A stretch of 64,000 bases of DNA, from positions 96,001 through 160,000 of the forward strand of contig CAWBMP010000002.1 of NCBI GenBank assembly GCA_963790025.1. Direction: 5' to 3'. The position numbers were made by a program, and so were the translations under genes. A model generated the notes under the pieces. The model ran no database searches. It saw only the letters and a program-made list of their open reading frames with translations, and was not told the DNA's origin. This DNA comes from Nitrospirota bacterium. GTDB lineage: Bacteria > Nitrospirota > Thermodesulfovibrionia > Thermodesulfovibrionales > Dissulfurispiraceae. Positions 55,802 through 64,000 of this stretch are shown here, one piece after another; position 1 is the first letter of the stretch, and the number at the start of each line of letters is the position of its first letter.

Positions 55802-56320
55802 CTATGCCTTTGCCTTTACCTGCCTTATTATTTCCTCCGCTACCTGAAGGGGCGACATATCGTCCGTATTTATTATTATATCCGCTTTCTCATAATAAGG
55901 TCTTCTGTAATCATACAACTCCTTTATCTTCTGAAGCGGATCATCGACCTGCAGGAGCGGCCTGTGTTTACTCGAACTCGTTCTTCTGAGGATTGTCTCG
56001 GGAGATGCCGACAGGCAGACAATGGTCCCGTTTTTCCTGAGAGCATCTATGTTCTCATCTCTTAACACCGCACCGCCCCCTGTAGACAACACCGCATTTA
56101 TAATTCCGGAAAGCTTTTTTATCATAGCGGATTCGATATCCCTGAATGCAACCTCTCCGCGCTGCCTGAAAATATCAGTTATCGTTGTCTTTTGCTCTCT
56201 TTCTATTTCACCATCTACATCGACCAGAACAAAACCAAGCCTTCGCGCCAGTATTTTCCCCACTGCCGTCTTTCCGGTACCCATGAAACCGGTCAGAACA
56301 ATATTGTTCCTTTTACCCAT
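55802..56320 (-). CDS. aroK: Shikimate kinase
   Basis: 'GFMGTGKT', 'GE..FR..E', 'STGGG', 'RPLL'. Confidence 0.96.
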   Translation of the reverse strand: MGKRNNIVLTGFMGTGKTAVGKILARRLGFVLVDVDGEIEREQKTTITDIFRQRGEVAFRDIESAMIKKLSGIINAVLSTGGGAVLRDENIDALRKNGTIVCLSASPETILRRTSSSKHRPLLQVDDPLQKIKELYDYRRPYYEKADIIINTDDMSPLQVAEEIIRQVKAKA

Positions 56321-56365
56321 CGCCTATTGCCTACAGCCTGTCTTTTATATGTTAAAATATCGAAC

Positions 56366-56932
56366 ATGAAATCTTTCTATTATACAAAAATTTTATTCAT
56401 AATTATCATTCTTTTCTTATCCGGCTCCACCTCCTCTTTTGCTGCTGCGCCGGGCACGCTTTTTCATGTGACACAGGTGAACGATGGAAATATTATCAGC
56501 ATTCGTGTCAAGAGCTTCGCAGGCATCCCCCTGAAGATCGAGCGTGTCAGGCTCATAGGCATCGATGCACCGGAACTCAAACAAGAGCAATGGGGAAGAC
56601 CGGCAAAAAAATACCTTAAAAAGCTCATCAGTGAAAACGACTGGGTTGTCAATGTCGAGTTTGACGTGCAGAGGCGAGACAATTATGGAAGAATCCCGGC
56701 CTATCTCTGGAACAAAAAGGGTGAATTGATCAACGAAAAACTTCTTGAAGCGGGACTTGCAGTGCTCTATACACAGCCGCCCAATGTGAAGTATGTTGAC
56801 CGCCTTTCCGCCGCAGAGAAAAAAGCACAGTCGGAAAAGGCAGGCCTCTGGAAAAACGGCGGTCTTAAAGAAACACCCGAACAGTGGAGGAAAAAACATC
56901 AGCGCAAGTCAGGAGTAAGCAATAGGCAGTAA
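56366..56932 (+). CDS. Secreted thermonuclease (SNase) family protein
   Basis: Signal peptide; 'RLIGIDAPE', 'DNYGR..AY', 'PPNVKY', 'GLW'. Confidence 0.88.
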   Translation: MKSFYYTKILFIIIILFLSGSTSSFAAAPGTLFHVTQVNDGNIISIRVKSFAGIPLKIERVRLIGIDAPELKQEQWGRPAKKYLKKLISENDWVVNVEFDVQRRDNYGRIPAYLWNKKGELINEKLLEAGLAVLYTQPPNVKYVDRLSAAEKKAQSEKAGLWKNGGLKETPEQWRKKHQRKSGVSNRQ

Positions 56933-56961
56933 CTGCCTACTGCTTACCATTTGCTGCTTAC

Positions 56962-57375
56962 TTACACGATTCCTTTACCGTTAAAGTAAGGTCCATATTT
57001 CTTGTCGGTCCCAAGTATATGATTTGACAGCCAGTCCTTCAGAAATTTCATAAGTTCAACAGTAAGCACCGGCTTGGCTTCCTGAAACTGTTTCTGGAGA
57101 TCGACGGCCTGCTTTGTAAGCGCATCATGCTCCTTCTTATGTTTTAGATATTCCGGATAGGCATTAGCTTGCATGAGCTTTTCTTCGGCAGCAAAATGTG
57201 ACGCTACATACTGTATCAGACCGGAAAGCACCTGGCCGGTGACATCACTGCCTTTGCCCTGTTTCATAGCATCATGCAGATCATTCAGCATTCCCACGAG
57301 TTTTTTGTGCTGCTCATCAAATTCCTTGACATTTACACTAAGGCTCTCATTCCAGGTCATTAATGCCATCTTCAT
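56962..57375 (-). CDS. Bacteriohemerythrin
   Basis: 'W...SV....DEQHKKL', 'HFAAEE', 'HKKEH', 'WLSNHILGTD'. Confidence 0.93.
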   Translation of the reverse strand: MKMALMTWNESLSVNVKEFDEQHKKLVGMLNDLHDAMKQGKGSDVTGQVLSGLIQYVASHFAAEEKLMQANAYPEYLKHKKEHDALTKQAVDLQKQFQEAKPVLTVELMKFLKDWLSNHILGTDKKYGPYFNGKGIV

Positions 57376-57480
57376 CTCTCCTTTTCAATTCAATAGTTAC
57401 ATCAGAATCTTTATTCTTGTTATATATTATCGATAGAAATTCTTGTCACTTGAATTTAATTGTCCATGCATACATAGCCC

Positions 57481-57618
57481 CTATCTCTTCCGCCGCTGCT
57501 TTTTCAGAGTTATCAGTATAACGATCAGGGCCAATAAGACGAGCCCGCCGAAAAACTTTGCGAGTTTGAAGGCGATCATAAGAACAAGCGCTGCGGCTAT
57601 TAGCAGATAGAAAGGCAC
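57481..57618 (-). CDS. Small two-TM membrane protein (45 aa); not in ORF track
   Basis: GTG directly after the atpI stop: MPFYLLIAAALVLMIAFKLAKFFGGLVLLALIVILITLKKQRRKR*. Confidence 0.55.
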   Translation of the reverse strand: MPFYLLIAAALVLMIAFKLAKFFGGLVLLALIVILITLKKQRRKR

Positions 57619-58002
57619 TTAATTATTATTGTTCGCGGCTTTTTGCTCAGCCTCTTTTTTAGCAGCAACAAGGCCCTCTTTTAAGGTAAGCACAACAACG
57701 ATAGTGAAGCCCGCAAGCAACCCAAAAGCGTTGATAAGCTTCAACACCGCCAGTATCACCAGTATGGAAAAAATGGCGAGCAATTTGAAAATGCTCAAAA
57801 ATACCATCTTTCCCCGCGCCTTTTCTCCAGCAAGCAACGCATTTACACTCCACTCAAGCCCGCTCAGGTTGCCTACGCCCACCATCCCCCCCACCGCCAT
57901 GCTGAAGGAAAAACGCCATTCAACAAAAAAAAGAGAAATCAGGCAAAGCGGGGCAAGGATGAGCAGCGCCTGTTTATAAACCCGGCTTGTTATTCCTGTC
58001 AT
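57619..58002 (-). CDS. atpI: ATP synthase subunit I-like protein
   Basis: Four TM helices, 'GG..G..N', 'GLLAGFT'; follows an AtpZ-like gene. Confidence 0.7.
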   Translation of the reverse strand: MTGITSRVYKQALLILAPLCLISLFFVEWRFSFSMAVGGMVGVGNLSGLEWSVNALLAGEKARGKMVFLSIFKLLAIFSILVILAVLKLINAFGLLAGFTIVVVLTLKEGLVAAKKEAEQKAANNNN

Positions 58003-58261
58003 TTTCCACCTCGGCCCCCTTGTCCTCTTCTCTCTTGGAAATCCTGAACAACTCTTTGAACCCGGCGATTATGCCGATAACAAGAAAAATCAATTTAAGA
58101 TACGGCGACGTGCCGAGCCAGCGGTCAAGAAAATAACCTATCAGGAACCCGGCAAAAGTACAGAGGACAAGCTGTATACCGACACTGCTGGCATCGAGTA
58201 ACTGGCCGAAGAGTGATTTCTCAGGTTTCTTATCTTCCAATATTTCCCTCTTTTTCATCAT
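57974..58261 (-). CDS. AtpZ/AtpI-family protein
   Basis: 'SVGIQLV...G.LIGYFLDRWLGTSP...GIIAGF'. Confidence 0.85.
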   Translation of the reverse strand: MMKKREILEDKKPEKSLFGQLLDASSVGIQLVLCTFAGFLIGYFLDRWLGTSPYLKLIFLVIGIIAGFKELFRISKREEDKGAEVENDRNNKPGL

Positions 58262-59495
58262 AACTGAAAACCGGGAAAAGCTTGCTCATTATCCAGAAAA
58301 GAAGAAACGGCATCGCCGCTACAGTCAAAGCGCCACAGAGTCCCTCTTTGAACGTTTCGAGACTATGCGGGATAAGCGGCAACTGGTAATGCATATATCC
58401 TGCAAAGGTGAGCGAAAAAGACTGGCCGCCGATGACAACATTCCACCGCATCATGAAAACACCGAAAAGTACCAGTATAGTGCCGAGGACCACCCGTCTT
58501 ATGGTGAGGCGTGGGACCAGGAAGAGCACGAGCGGTACGAGGTTGCCCAGACCATATTGCAGGACGAATATATCTACGAAATCTTTACCGTAAATTACGC
58601 TCCTCAAAACATCCCATGATTTCACTGCGGTATATCCCCTGAAGACAAGGTCGAGCATTTCAAGCGATATGGCAAATACGAGGAAAAGAAGAAGGTACTT
58701 CGCCGTTATGCTTATCACCTGAATCTCCGCGCCCTTGAGTTCCTCTTTTGTCCGGGCTGCGGACGATACAGGCTTTCTGGCAGAGAGGAATTTCCGTATT
58801 TCCATGGTTACAATATAGGTGAGCATGCAAAGGGCAATGCCTGAGACGATTGCAGACATAATAAAAATCACCGGCATGAGGGGGGTCATCCAGAGTGCAT
58901 TGGCCTTTACCGAACCAAAGATAAAGCCTGCATACCCGTGGAGAAAGCACGCTACCGGTATACCGATGGCAGCCAGGATTTTTACCGCCTTTTCATCACC
59001 CTTCAGTGCCTTTTCGCTTACGTCGTAAGAGCCGAGCGTCAGAATAGAAAAGATACCCTGCCTTATTTTTTCCAGGAAGCTTTTGTCCGCCTTGCTCCGC
59101 AAGAAAAGGACAGTATCAATAAAATGCCGGCGGTATACAAACCACAACTCTGATGCCACTATAGCGGCATAGGTGGAAAATACAATGCCGAAGGCCGCAA
59201 TAGCCGACGTGAAATGGGGTGTCATAAAAACGTTGACGCCTCTGAGAGGCTGCTGCAGGTGGAGTTGCAACGGGATCGGCGCAACCAGCAAAAGGGCAAA
59301 GGAAAACACAAGCGAGAAACGCGCCATATCTTTAAGTTGCTTTATCCCGAAGACATGATACAGCGAAGACAGAACAAAGGCCCCTGCAACAAGTCCGGTC
59401 ATAAAAGGATACATAACAATCTGAACGCTCCAGTAAATATATTCATTCGGATAAACAAAGAGCTCCTTTATCGTCCACGCTTCTCCATGCACCAT
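58230..59495 (-). CDS. NrfD/PsrC-family quinol-interacting membrane subunit
   Basis: 'W..QIVMYPF.TGL.AG', 'HL.QP.R', 'LHGYAGFIF', 'RWNVVIGGQ'; ATG 59495 after GGAGGTG. Confidence 0.88.
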   Translation of the reverse strand: MVHGEAWTIKELFVYPNEYIYWSVQIVMYPFMTGLVAGAFVLSSLYHVFGIKQLKDMARFSLVFSFALLLVAPIPLQLHLQQPLRGVNVFMTPHFTSAIAAFGIVFSTYAAIVASELWFVYRRHFIDTVLFLRSKADKSFLEKIRQGIFSILTLGSYDVSEKALKGDEKAVKILAAIGIPVACFLHGYAGFIFGSVKANALWMTPLMPVIFIMSAIVSGIALCMLTYIVTMEIRKFLSARKPVSSAARTKEELKGAEIQVISITAKYLLLFLVFAISLEMLDLVFRGYTAVKSWDVLRSVIYGKDFVDIFVLQYGLGNLVPLVLFLVPRLTIRRVVLGTILVLFGVFMMRWNVVIGGQSFSLTFAGYMHYQLPLIPHSLETFKEGLCGALTVAAMPFLLFWIMSKLFPVFSYDEKEGNIGR

Positions 59496-59497
59496 GA

Positions 59498-60283
59498 CTA
59501 TCGCACCTCCTTGCTGAGGCCTATATAATATACCTGCGGTTTCGTCCCGTACTCTTCTTTCAAAATCCCGACCCGCTCGGTTGAGATGATCTTTGTAACC
59601 GGGTCGTTCGGATCTTTCATATTGCCTATTTTTCTCGCGCCGAACGGGCATGCATCTACGCAGGCCGTCTTCATGCCTTTTGTTATGCGGTGGTAACAGA
59701 AATTGCATTTTTCGGCAACATGGTATACGGGATGGAAAAACCTGACGCCGTAAGGACATGCCATAATACAGTAACCGCAGCCGATACACCACTTCCTGTC
59801 GACAAGCACAACACCGTCAGGGGTCTGATAGGTGGCGCCAACCGGGCACACCTGCACACAAGGCGGGTTTTGGCACTGGTTGCAGAGTTTCGGCACAAAA
59901 AAGGCTTTTTCGATTTCTTCTTTCTTGATATCCTGGTATTCCCCCCGGCCCAGATCTATTTTGTCCGATATAAAACCGTCACGCGCGCCTTTTGGGGAAT
60001 CCGCGTGTACTTTGCCGTCTTTTGTCAGGACATAGCGCTCGACCCATGTTCTCGTCACATTCTCATTATATGGAATTTCGTTCTCAAGTTTGCATGCCTT
60101 TACACACAGACCGCAGCCCACACATTTAAGCGTATCGACCAAAAACACCCACCGCACCCCGGAGGGGTCATACTTCTCTGCAAAGAGTTTGCCGGGGGCT
60201 ATTATTTCAAAGGCGGCAAAGGGCACCGCAAGTCCCGCCGCTCCCTTCAGCGTATATTTTAAAAAATTTCTCCTCGTTATCAT
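59498..60283 (-). CDS. Tat-exported 4Fe-4S protein (NrfC/PsrB-like)
   Basis: TRRNFLK Tat motif; CVGCGLC..C, CNQC..PPCV.VCP, CIGCGYC..ACP, CNFC...ACV..CP. Confidence 0.93.
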   Translation of the reverse strand: MITRRNFLKYTLKGAAGLAVPFAAFEIIAPGKLFAEKYDPSGVRWVFLVDTLKCVGCGLCVKACKLENEIPYNENVTRTWVERYVLTKDGKVHADSPKGARDGFISDKIDLGRGEYQDIKKEEIEKAFFVPKLCNQCQNPPCVQVCPVGATYQTPDGVVLVDRKWCIGCGYCIMACPYGVRFFHPVYHVAEKCNFCYHRITKGMKTACVDACPFGARKIGNMKDPNDPVTKIISTERVGILKEEYGTKPQVYYIGLSKEVR

Positions 60284-60293
60284 CGCATCCCTC

Positions 60294-60764
60294 CTATCGT
60301 ACGCTCAGATTCGGTTTGTGAGGGTTATGGCAAGTCGAGCATGTAAAATCAGGGTTGTGGTGCTCAGGATCAATTCCCCTGATTTTTGCCCTTCCGCTTG
60401 TCGGATAAGGCAAAGGGAAGTGGCATCTGAGGCAGAGTTCCCTGCTCCTGTCTATAGTCAATTTTGGGGGGGCATCAGGATGGTCCAACGCAGGTCCATG
60501 GCAGTTTTCACAGTTAATGATTGCATGTGGAGACCTCATGATCATGGCCAGCTTATCGCTATGGCAGTCTTCGCAGTATACGGCAGTTTTGTATTTGACC
60601 TTTACCGCCTTCCAATCCGCGACATTATTCTTCCGGTGCCAGCCGTACATATACCCGCTCCTGCCAACACCAAAATCCTTCGGCACAACAAAGTGACGCG
60701 CAAGAAGAACAAGCAGGACGAGAACTATGACAACAAACAGAGGCCTCAGAACATGATTGCCCAT
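60294..60764 (-). CDS. Membrane-anchored tetraheme cytochrome c
   Basis: N-terminal TM; CEDCH, CENCH, CLRCH, CSTCH. Confidence 0.92.
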   Translation of the reverse strand: MGNHVLRPLFVVIVLVLLVLLARHFVVPKDFGVGRSGYMYGWHRKNNVADWKAVKVKYKTAVYCEDCHSDKLAMIMRSPHAIINCENCHGPALDHPDAPPKLTIDRSRELCLRCHFPLPYPTSGRAKIRGIDPEHHNPDFTCSTCHNPHKPNLSVR

Positions 60765-60795
60765 ATGCTACCCCCTGGATTATTCGGTTATAAAT

Positions 60796-60820
60796 AGGGA
60801 GAGGCTGGGTGCCCCTCCCT
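60796..60820 (-). terminator. GC hairpin (terminator/attenuator) between the two cytochrome genes
   Basis: Minus strand AGGGAGGGGC-ACCCA-GCCTCTCCCT followed by ATTT. Confidence 0.5.
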
Positions 60821-60833
60821 GCCGTTTGCTTTT

Positions 60834-61835
60834 TCAGGAACCGATAAAAGTCTTCGGGTCCCTGTATTCGTGGCACTTTATGCAATCTTTCTTTGCCTGG
60901 GCCACCGTTACCCTCCACTGGTGGGGTTTGTGGCAGTCCATACATTTCATGTTCATCGTTTTGATATGCAAATCGTGTTTGCCCACATTGGGCTCAATAC
61001 GATGACATTTGAGGCAGTCGTTCATATCCGGCTTCACCTTTGCATGCGGCTTGTGGCAGACATAGCAGTAGAACTGCATCGGCGCATCTGCCGGCACGTT
61101 GATCTTATGCGCCTTATTAACAACTTCAGGCGAGGGTTGAAAATACTTGACATCAATGCTGCCGGAGGCTATCAGCTCTTTTCTGTCCTGCTCGCTTCCG
61201 TGGCAAAAGAGACATTTCTTTCTCTCAGGTTTCAGGTCCATGGTCCTGTCCGTATGGCAGTTAAGACATGCGAATTTTTCCATGCCCGTTCCATGGACAT
61301 CCTTGCCCTTGTGGCAATTAAGGCAGAAGCGCTCTTCGGGAAGAAATTGATGGACCATATAGCCGTGGCATTTTGTACATTCTATATTTTCAATAAACGC
61401 ATGTTTTGCGTGAAACGGCGAACGGTTTACCAATGGCGCATTCGGATACTTAGGGTTTCTTTCCCAGTGACACTCCGAGCAGATCTTGCGAGCTACTATT
61501 ATTGCGCCGTGTCTTGGAGTAACAGTTTTCCGGCCGAGCACCGCAAATTTGTAGATCTGCAGGACTTGCTCTTTTTTCGTTGCATGATGGCACTCATGGC
61601 AAGTGACACCATGATGGACACTCTTTGCCCATGTCTTCTGTGCCTGGTCATGCACATGGCACATCATACAGGCATTAGGATTGGTTTCGAAATAATTGTT
61701 GATCTTATAAGCACCTATGCCCATGCCCGCAAATAACATTAAAACAAAGAGTGATATTATAACTTTGGCGCGAACGGAAATTTCTTCAGTGAACCAGTTA
61801 ATCAGCCGTCCAAACCATTTAAAAGGATTGAACAT
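60834..61835 (-). CDS. Membrane-anchored 11-heme cytochrome c with NapC/NirT-like N-terminus
   Basis: N-terminal TM; 11 CxxCH motifs counted in 333 aa. Confidence 0.92.
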   Translation of the reverse strand: MFNPFKWFGRLINWFTEEISVRAKVIISLFVLMLFAGMGIGAYKINNYFETNPNACMMCHVHDQAQKTWAKSVHHGVTCHECHHATKKEQVLQIYKFAVLGRKTVTPRHGAIIVARKICSECHWERNPKYPNAPLVNRSPFHAKHAFIENIECTKCHGYMVHQFLPEERFCLNCHKGKDVHGTGMEKFACLNCHTDRTMDLKPERKKCLFCHGSEQDRKELIASGSIDVKYFQPSPEVVNKAHKINVPADAPMQFYCYVCHKPHAKVKPDMNDCLKCHRIEPNVGKHDLHIKTMNMKCMDCHKPHQWRVTVAQAKKDCIKCHEYRDPKTFIGS

Positions 61836-61906
61836 CAGATACCTCCCCAGTGTATAAATAAGGCTCTCAAAAGTATAAATGCTTTACCCTGGAGCTTTTT
61901 ATTTAA

Positions 61907-63196
61907 TTAGCCTCTAAGCCCTTTCAATGACGCATACGCCGCTGCAACTGTCTTGTCTATATCGGCCAGTGTATGGGCAAGGGAAATGAACCCAGCCTCG
62001 AATTGCGATGGCGCAATATTTATTCCACGATCCAGCATCCCCTTAAAAAATTGAGAAAACCTTATAGTATCTGAAGTCTTGGCAGAGGCATAATCAGTAA
62101 CATCGGTGCCTGTGAAATAAGTGCAGAACATCGTGCCGGCCCTGTAAAACCTTGTTGCAACGCCTGACTTCTTCGCAGCATCTTTCAACCCCTCTTCGAG
62201 ATGCTGCATGGTCTTTTCAAGCTTCTTATATGTGTCGCTTTTCGAGAGGACCTTTATCGTCTCTATTCCCGCTGTCATAGCCAGCGGGTTGCCGGAGAGT
62301 GTGCCGGCCTGATAGACCGGTCCTTCCGGGGAAATAACAGACATTATCTCTTTCTTGCCGCCGTAGGCACCTACCGGCAGGCCTCCTCCGATGACCTTAC
62401 CGAGACAGGTCATATCCGGTTTGATTCCATAATAGGCCTGCGCCCCTCCGAAGGCCACTCTGAAGCCGGTCATCACCTCATCGAAAATGAGAACAATCCC
62501 GTATTTCTTTGTCTCTGCCTTTAACGTCTCAAGAAAGCCCGGTTTCGGCAGGACACAACCAATATTCCCCACCACCGGTTCAACTATTACGCAGGCAATA
62601 TCCCTCCACTCTTTTGCGATTAGGCGTTTAAAAGCCGCACTGTTGTTGAAAGACAGTGTGAGTGTTTCTTGAGCATATGACGCAGGCACTCCGGGGCTGT
62701 CGGGAACGCCGAAGGTTGCCGCTCCCGAGCCGGCCTTAACCAGCAGGCCATCGGCATGACCATGGTAGCATCCTTCAAATTTGAGGACCTTGTCCCTTTT
62801 GGTGAACCCCCTTGCAGCCCTTATGGCGCTCATGGTCGCCTCGGTCCCCGAATTGACCATACGCACCTTTTCTATTGATGGATATGCCTTTACCACCATC
62901 TGGGCCAGTTCCACTTCAAGAGCGGTCGGCGCCCCAAAACTCGTACCTTTTTCAACAGCAGTCTTGAGTGCCTTGACAACAGACGGGTACGCATGCCCCA
63001 AAATCATAGGTCCCCATGACAGGACATAATCGATATATTCGTTTCCATCGGCATCGTAAATCCTTGACCCTTTCGCCTTCGTGACAAACATCGGCGAGCC
63101 GCCGACCGCCTTGAAGGCCCTCACAGGACTGTTTACTCCGCCAGGCATCAGCCGGAGTGCTTTTGCGAACAATGCCTTAGACTTTGTTAGACCCAT
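61907..63196 (-). CDS. hemL: Glutamate-1-semialdehyde 2,1-aminomutase
   Basis: '[11 protein letters not shown]', 'NSGTEA', 'FDEVMTGFR', 'GKVIGGG', 'SQFEA'. Confidence 0.97.
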   Translation of the reverse strand: MGLTKSKALFAKALRLMPGGVNSPVRAFKAVGGSPMFVTKAKGSRIYDADGNEYIDYVLSWGPMILGHAYPSVVKALKTAVEKGTSFGAPTALEVELAQMVVKAYPSIEKVRMVNSGTEATMSAIRAARGFTKRDKVLKFEGCYHGHADGLLVKAGSGAATFGVPDSPGVPASYAQETLTLSFNNSAAFKRLIAKEWRDIACVIVEPVVGNIGCVLPKPGFLETLKAETKKYGIVLIFDEVMTGFRVAFGGAQAYYGIKPDMTCLGKVIGGGLPVGAYGGKKEIMSVISPEGPVYQAGTLSGNPLAMTAGIETIKVLSKSDTYKKLEKTMQHLEEGLKDAAKKSGVATRFYRAGTMFCTYFTGTDVTDYASAKTSDTIRFSQFFKGMLDRGINIAPSQFEAGFISLAHTLADIDKTVAAAYASLKGLRG

Positions 63197-63308
63197 ATGT
63201 ATACCTATACTCCAGATTACAGGATGAAACGTAGTAATCTATCATAATCAGTGAACATTTTGGAAGAAGAATATATAATAGTGTCAATACCTTTATCCTG
63301 AATATACT

Positions 63309-64000
63309 TTGATACTGACTGGGGGACACCTGGAAAAACTCCCTTTTCATGACGGCACTTATAAAACAGATCCAGCCAAGGCCTCTGCATTTGCAAAGAG
63401 AACGCCTTCATTCTCTTTTTACCGGCGGATGGCGGCTATAGTGTTCAGGTCGAGTTCTCTCGCAAAACGCGGACGCTATGGCAACGAAGGCTGGTCAAAC
63501 AGCAGTCTGGATGTTATTAAAGCCCTGGAACACGCCGGAGTAGTTTTCGAAGTGACTGGGGCCGATCATTTCATCAATCTTGGCGCACCCTGCGTGTTTA
63601 TCGGCAACCATATGAGCGCGCTTGAAACGTTCATTCTGCCTTGTATCATCGAGCCGTTCAAGGATGTCACCTTTGTGGTAAAAAAAAGCCTCATCGATTA
63701 CCCGGTTTTCAGGCATGTAATGCGTTCAAGAAACCCCGTCGTTGTCGACCGCTTGAACCCACGCGAAGATTTAAGGGCCGTACTGGAAGGCGGAACAGAG
63801 AGACTGAATGCCGGAAGGTCGATTATCATTTTCCCGCAGACAACAAGGACGACTGTTTTTGATCCTGCATCATTCAACACCATCGGCATTAAGCTTGCAC
63901 GGAAAGCCGGTGTACTGGTAATACCCATTGCTCTGAAAACCGATGCATGGGGGAACGGAAAACAGTTCAAGGATTTCGGCAGGATCGACCCTTCTAAAAA
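63309..64000 (+). CDS. 1-acyl-sn-glycerol-3-phosphate acyltransferase family protein, 3' partial; not in ORF track
   Basis: Manual translation: 'CVFIGNHMSALETF', 'FVVKKSL', 'IIIFPQTTR', 'IPIALKT'; start TTG 63309 or CTG 63330. Confidence 0.85.
   Translation, partial: MILTGGHLEKLPFHDGTYKTDPAKASAFAKRTPSFSFYRRMAAIVFRSSSLAKRGRYGNEGWSNSSLDVIKALEHAGVVFEVTGADHFINLGAPCVFIGNHMSALETFILPCIIEPFKDVTFVVKKSLIDYPVFRHVMRSRNPVVVDRLNPREDLRAVLEGGTERLNAGRSIIIFPQTTRTTVFDPASFNTIGIKLARKAGVLVIPIALKTDAWGNGKQFKDFGRIDPSK

Noticed and set aside
59496..59792. Long N-terminal extension of the NrfD-like ORF (520 aa)
   Set aside because: Overlaps the Fe-S gene; the RBS supports ATG 59495.
60090..61736. Long plus-strand ORFs (235 and 288 aa)
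   Set aside because: Antisense shadows of the cytochrome genes with no motifs.
63217..63970. Short minus-strand ORFs at the right end
   Set aside because: Antisense to the plus-strand acyltransferase that runs off the window.

Overview
A 64 kb bacterial chromosomal segment from a Gram-negative, probably anaerobic organism. Gene content suggests a Thermodesulfovibrionia/Nitrospirota-like or Desulfobacterota-like host, but this is inference only. Most of it is housekeeping: LPS heptose genes, tyrA-aroA-mtnP-apt-cmk-ispH-rpsA-sppA-ihfB-oppDF, lysA-dapF-dapA, five tRNAs, dinG, dinB, dusB, aroKB-phoBR and hemL. Best candidates for new biology: (1) the edge of an AT-rich island at the 3' end of tRNA-Ser carrying an MTase + BglII-like REase + DGQHR protein + HEPN-like protein (the last is missing from the ORF track), a candidate guarded restriction-modification system; (2) DapF fused to a PilZ domain with intact c-di-GMP motifs; (3) a PHP phosphoesterase-GT4 fusion preceded by four 11-bp-period Pho-box-like repeats, a candidate phosphate-starvation lipid remodelling enzyme; (4) a stand-alone 19-aa histone-H1-like micropeptide gene with its own RBS and terminator; (5) an 11-heme + 4-heme cytochrome c/NrfC/NrfD operon running into orphan atpZ/atpI; (6) a dispersed family of degenerate 6/7/8-mer repeats in inverted pairs, some read in-frame in proteins. 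All calls come from motif reading by eye; no database searches were run.
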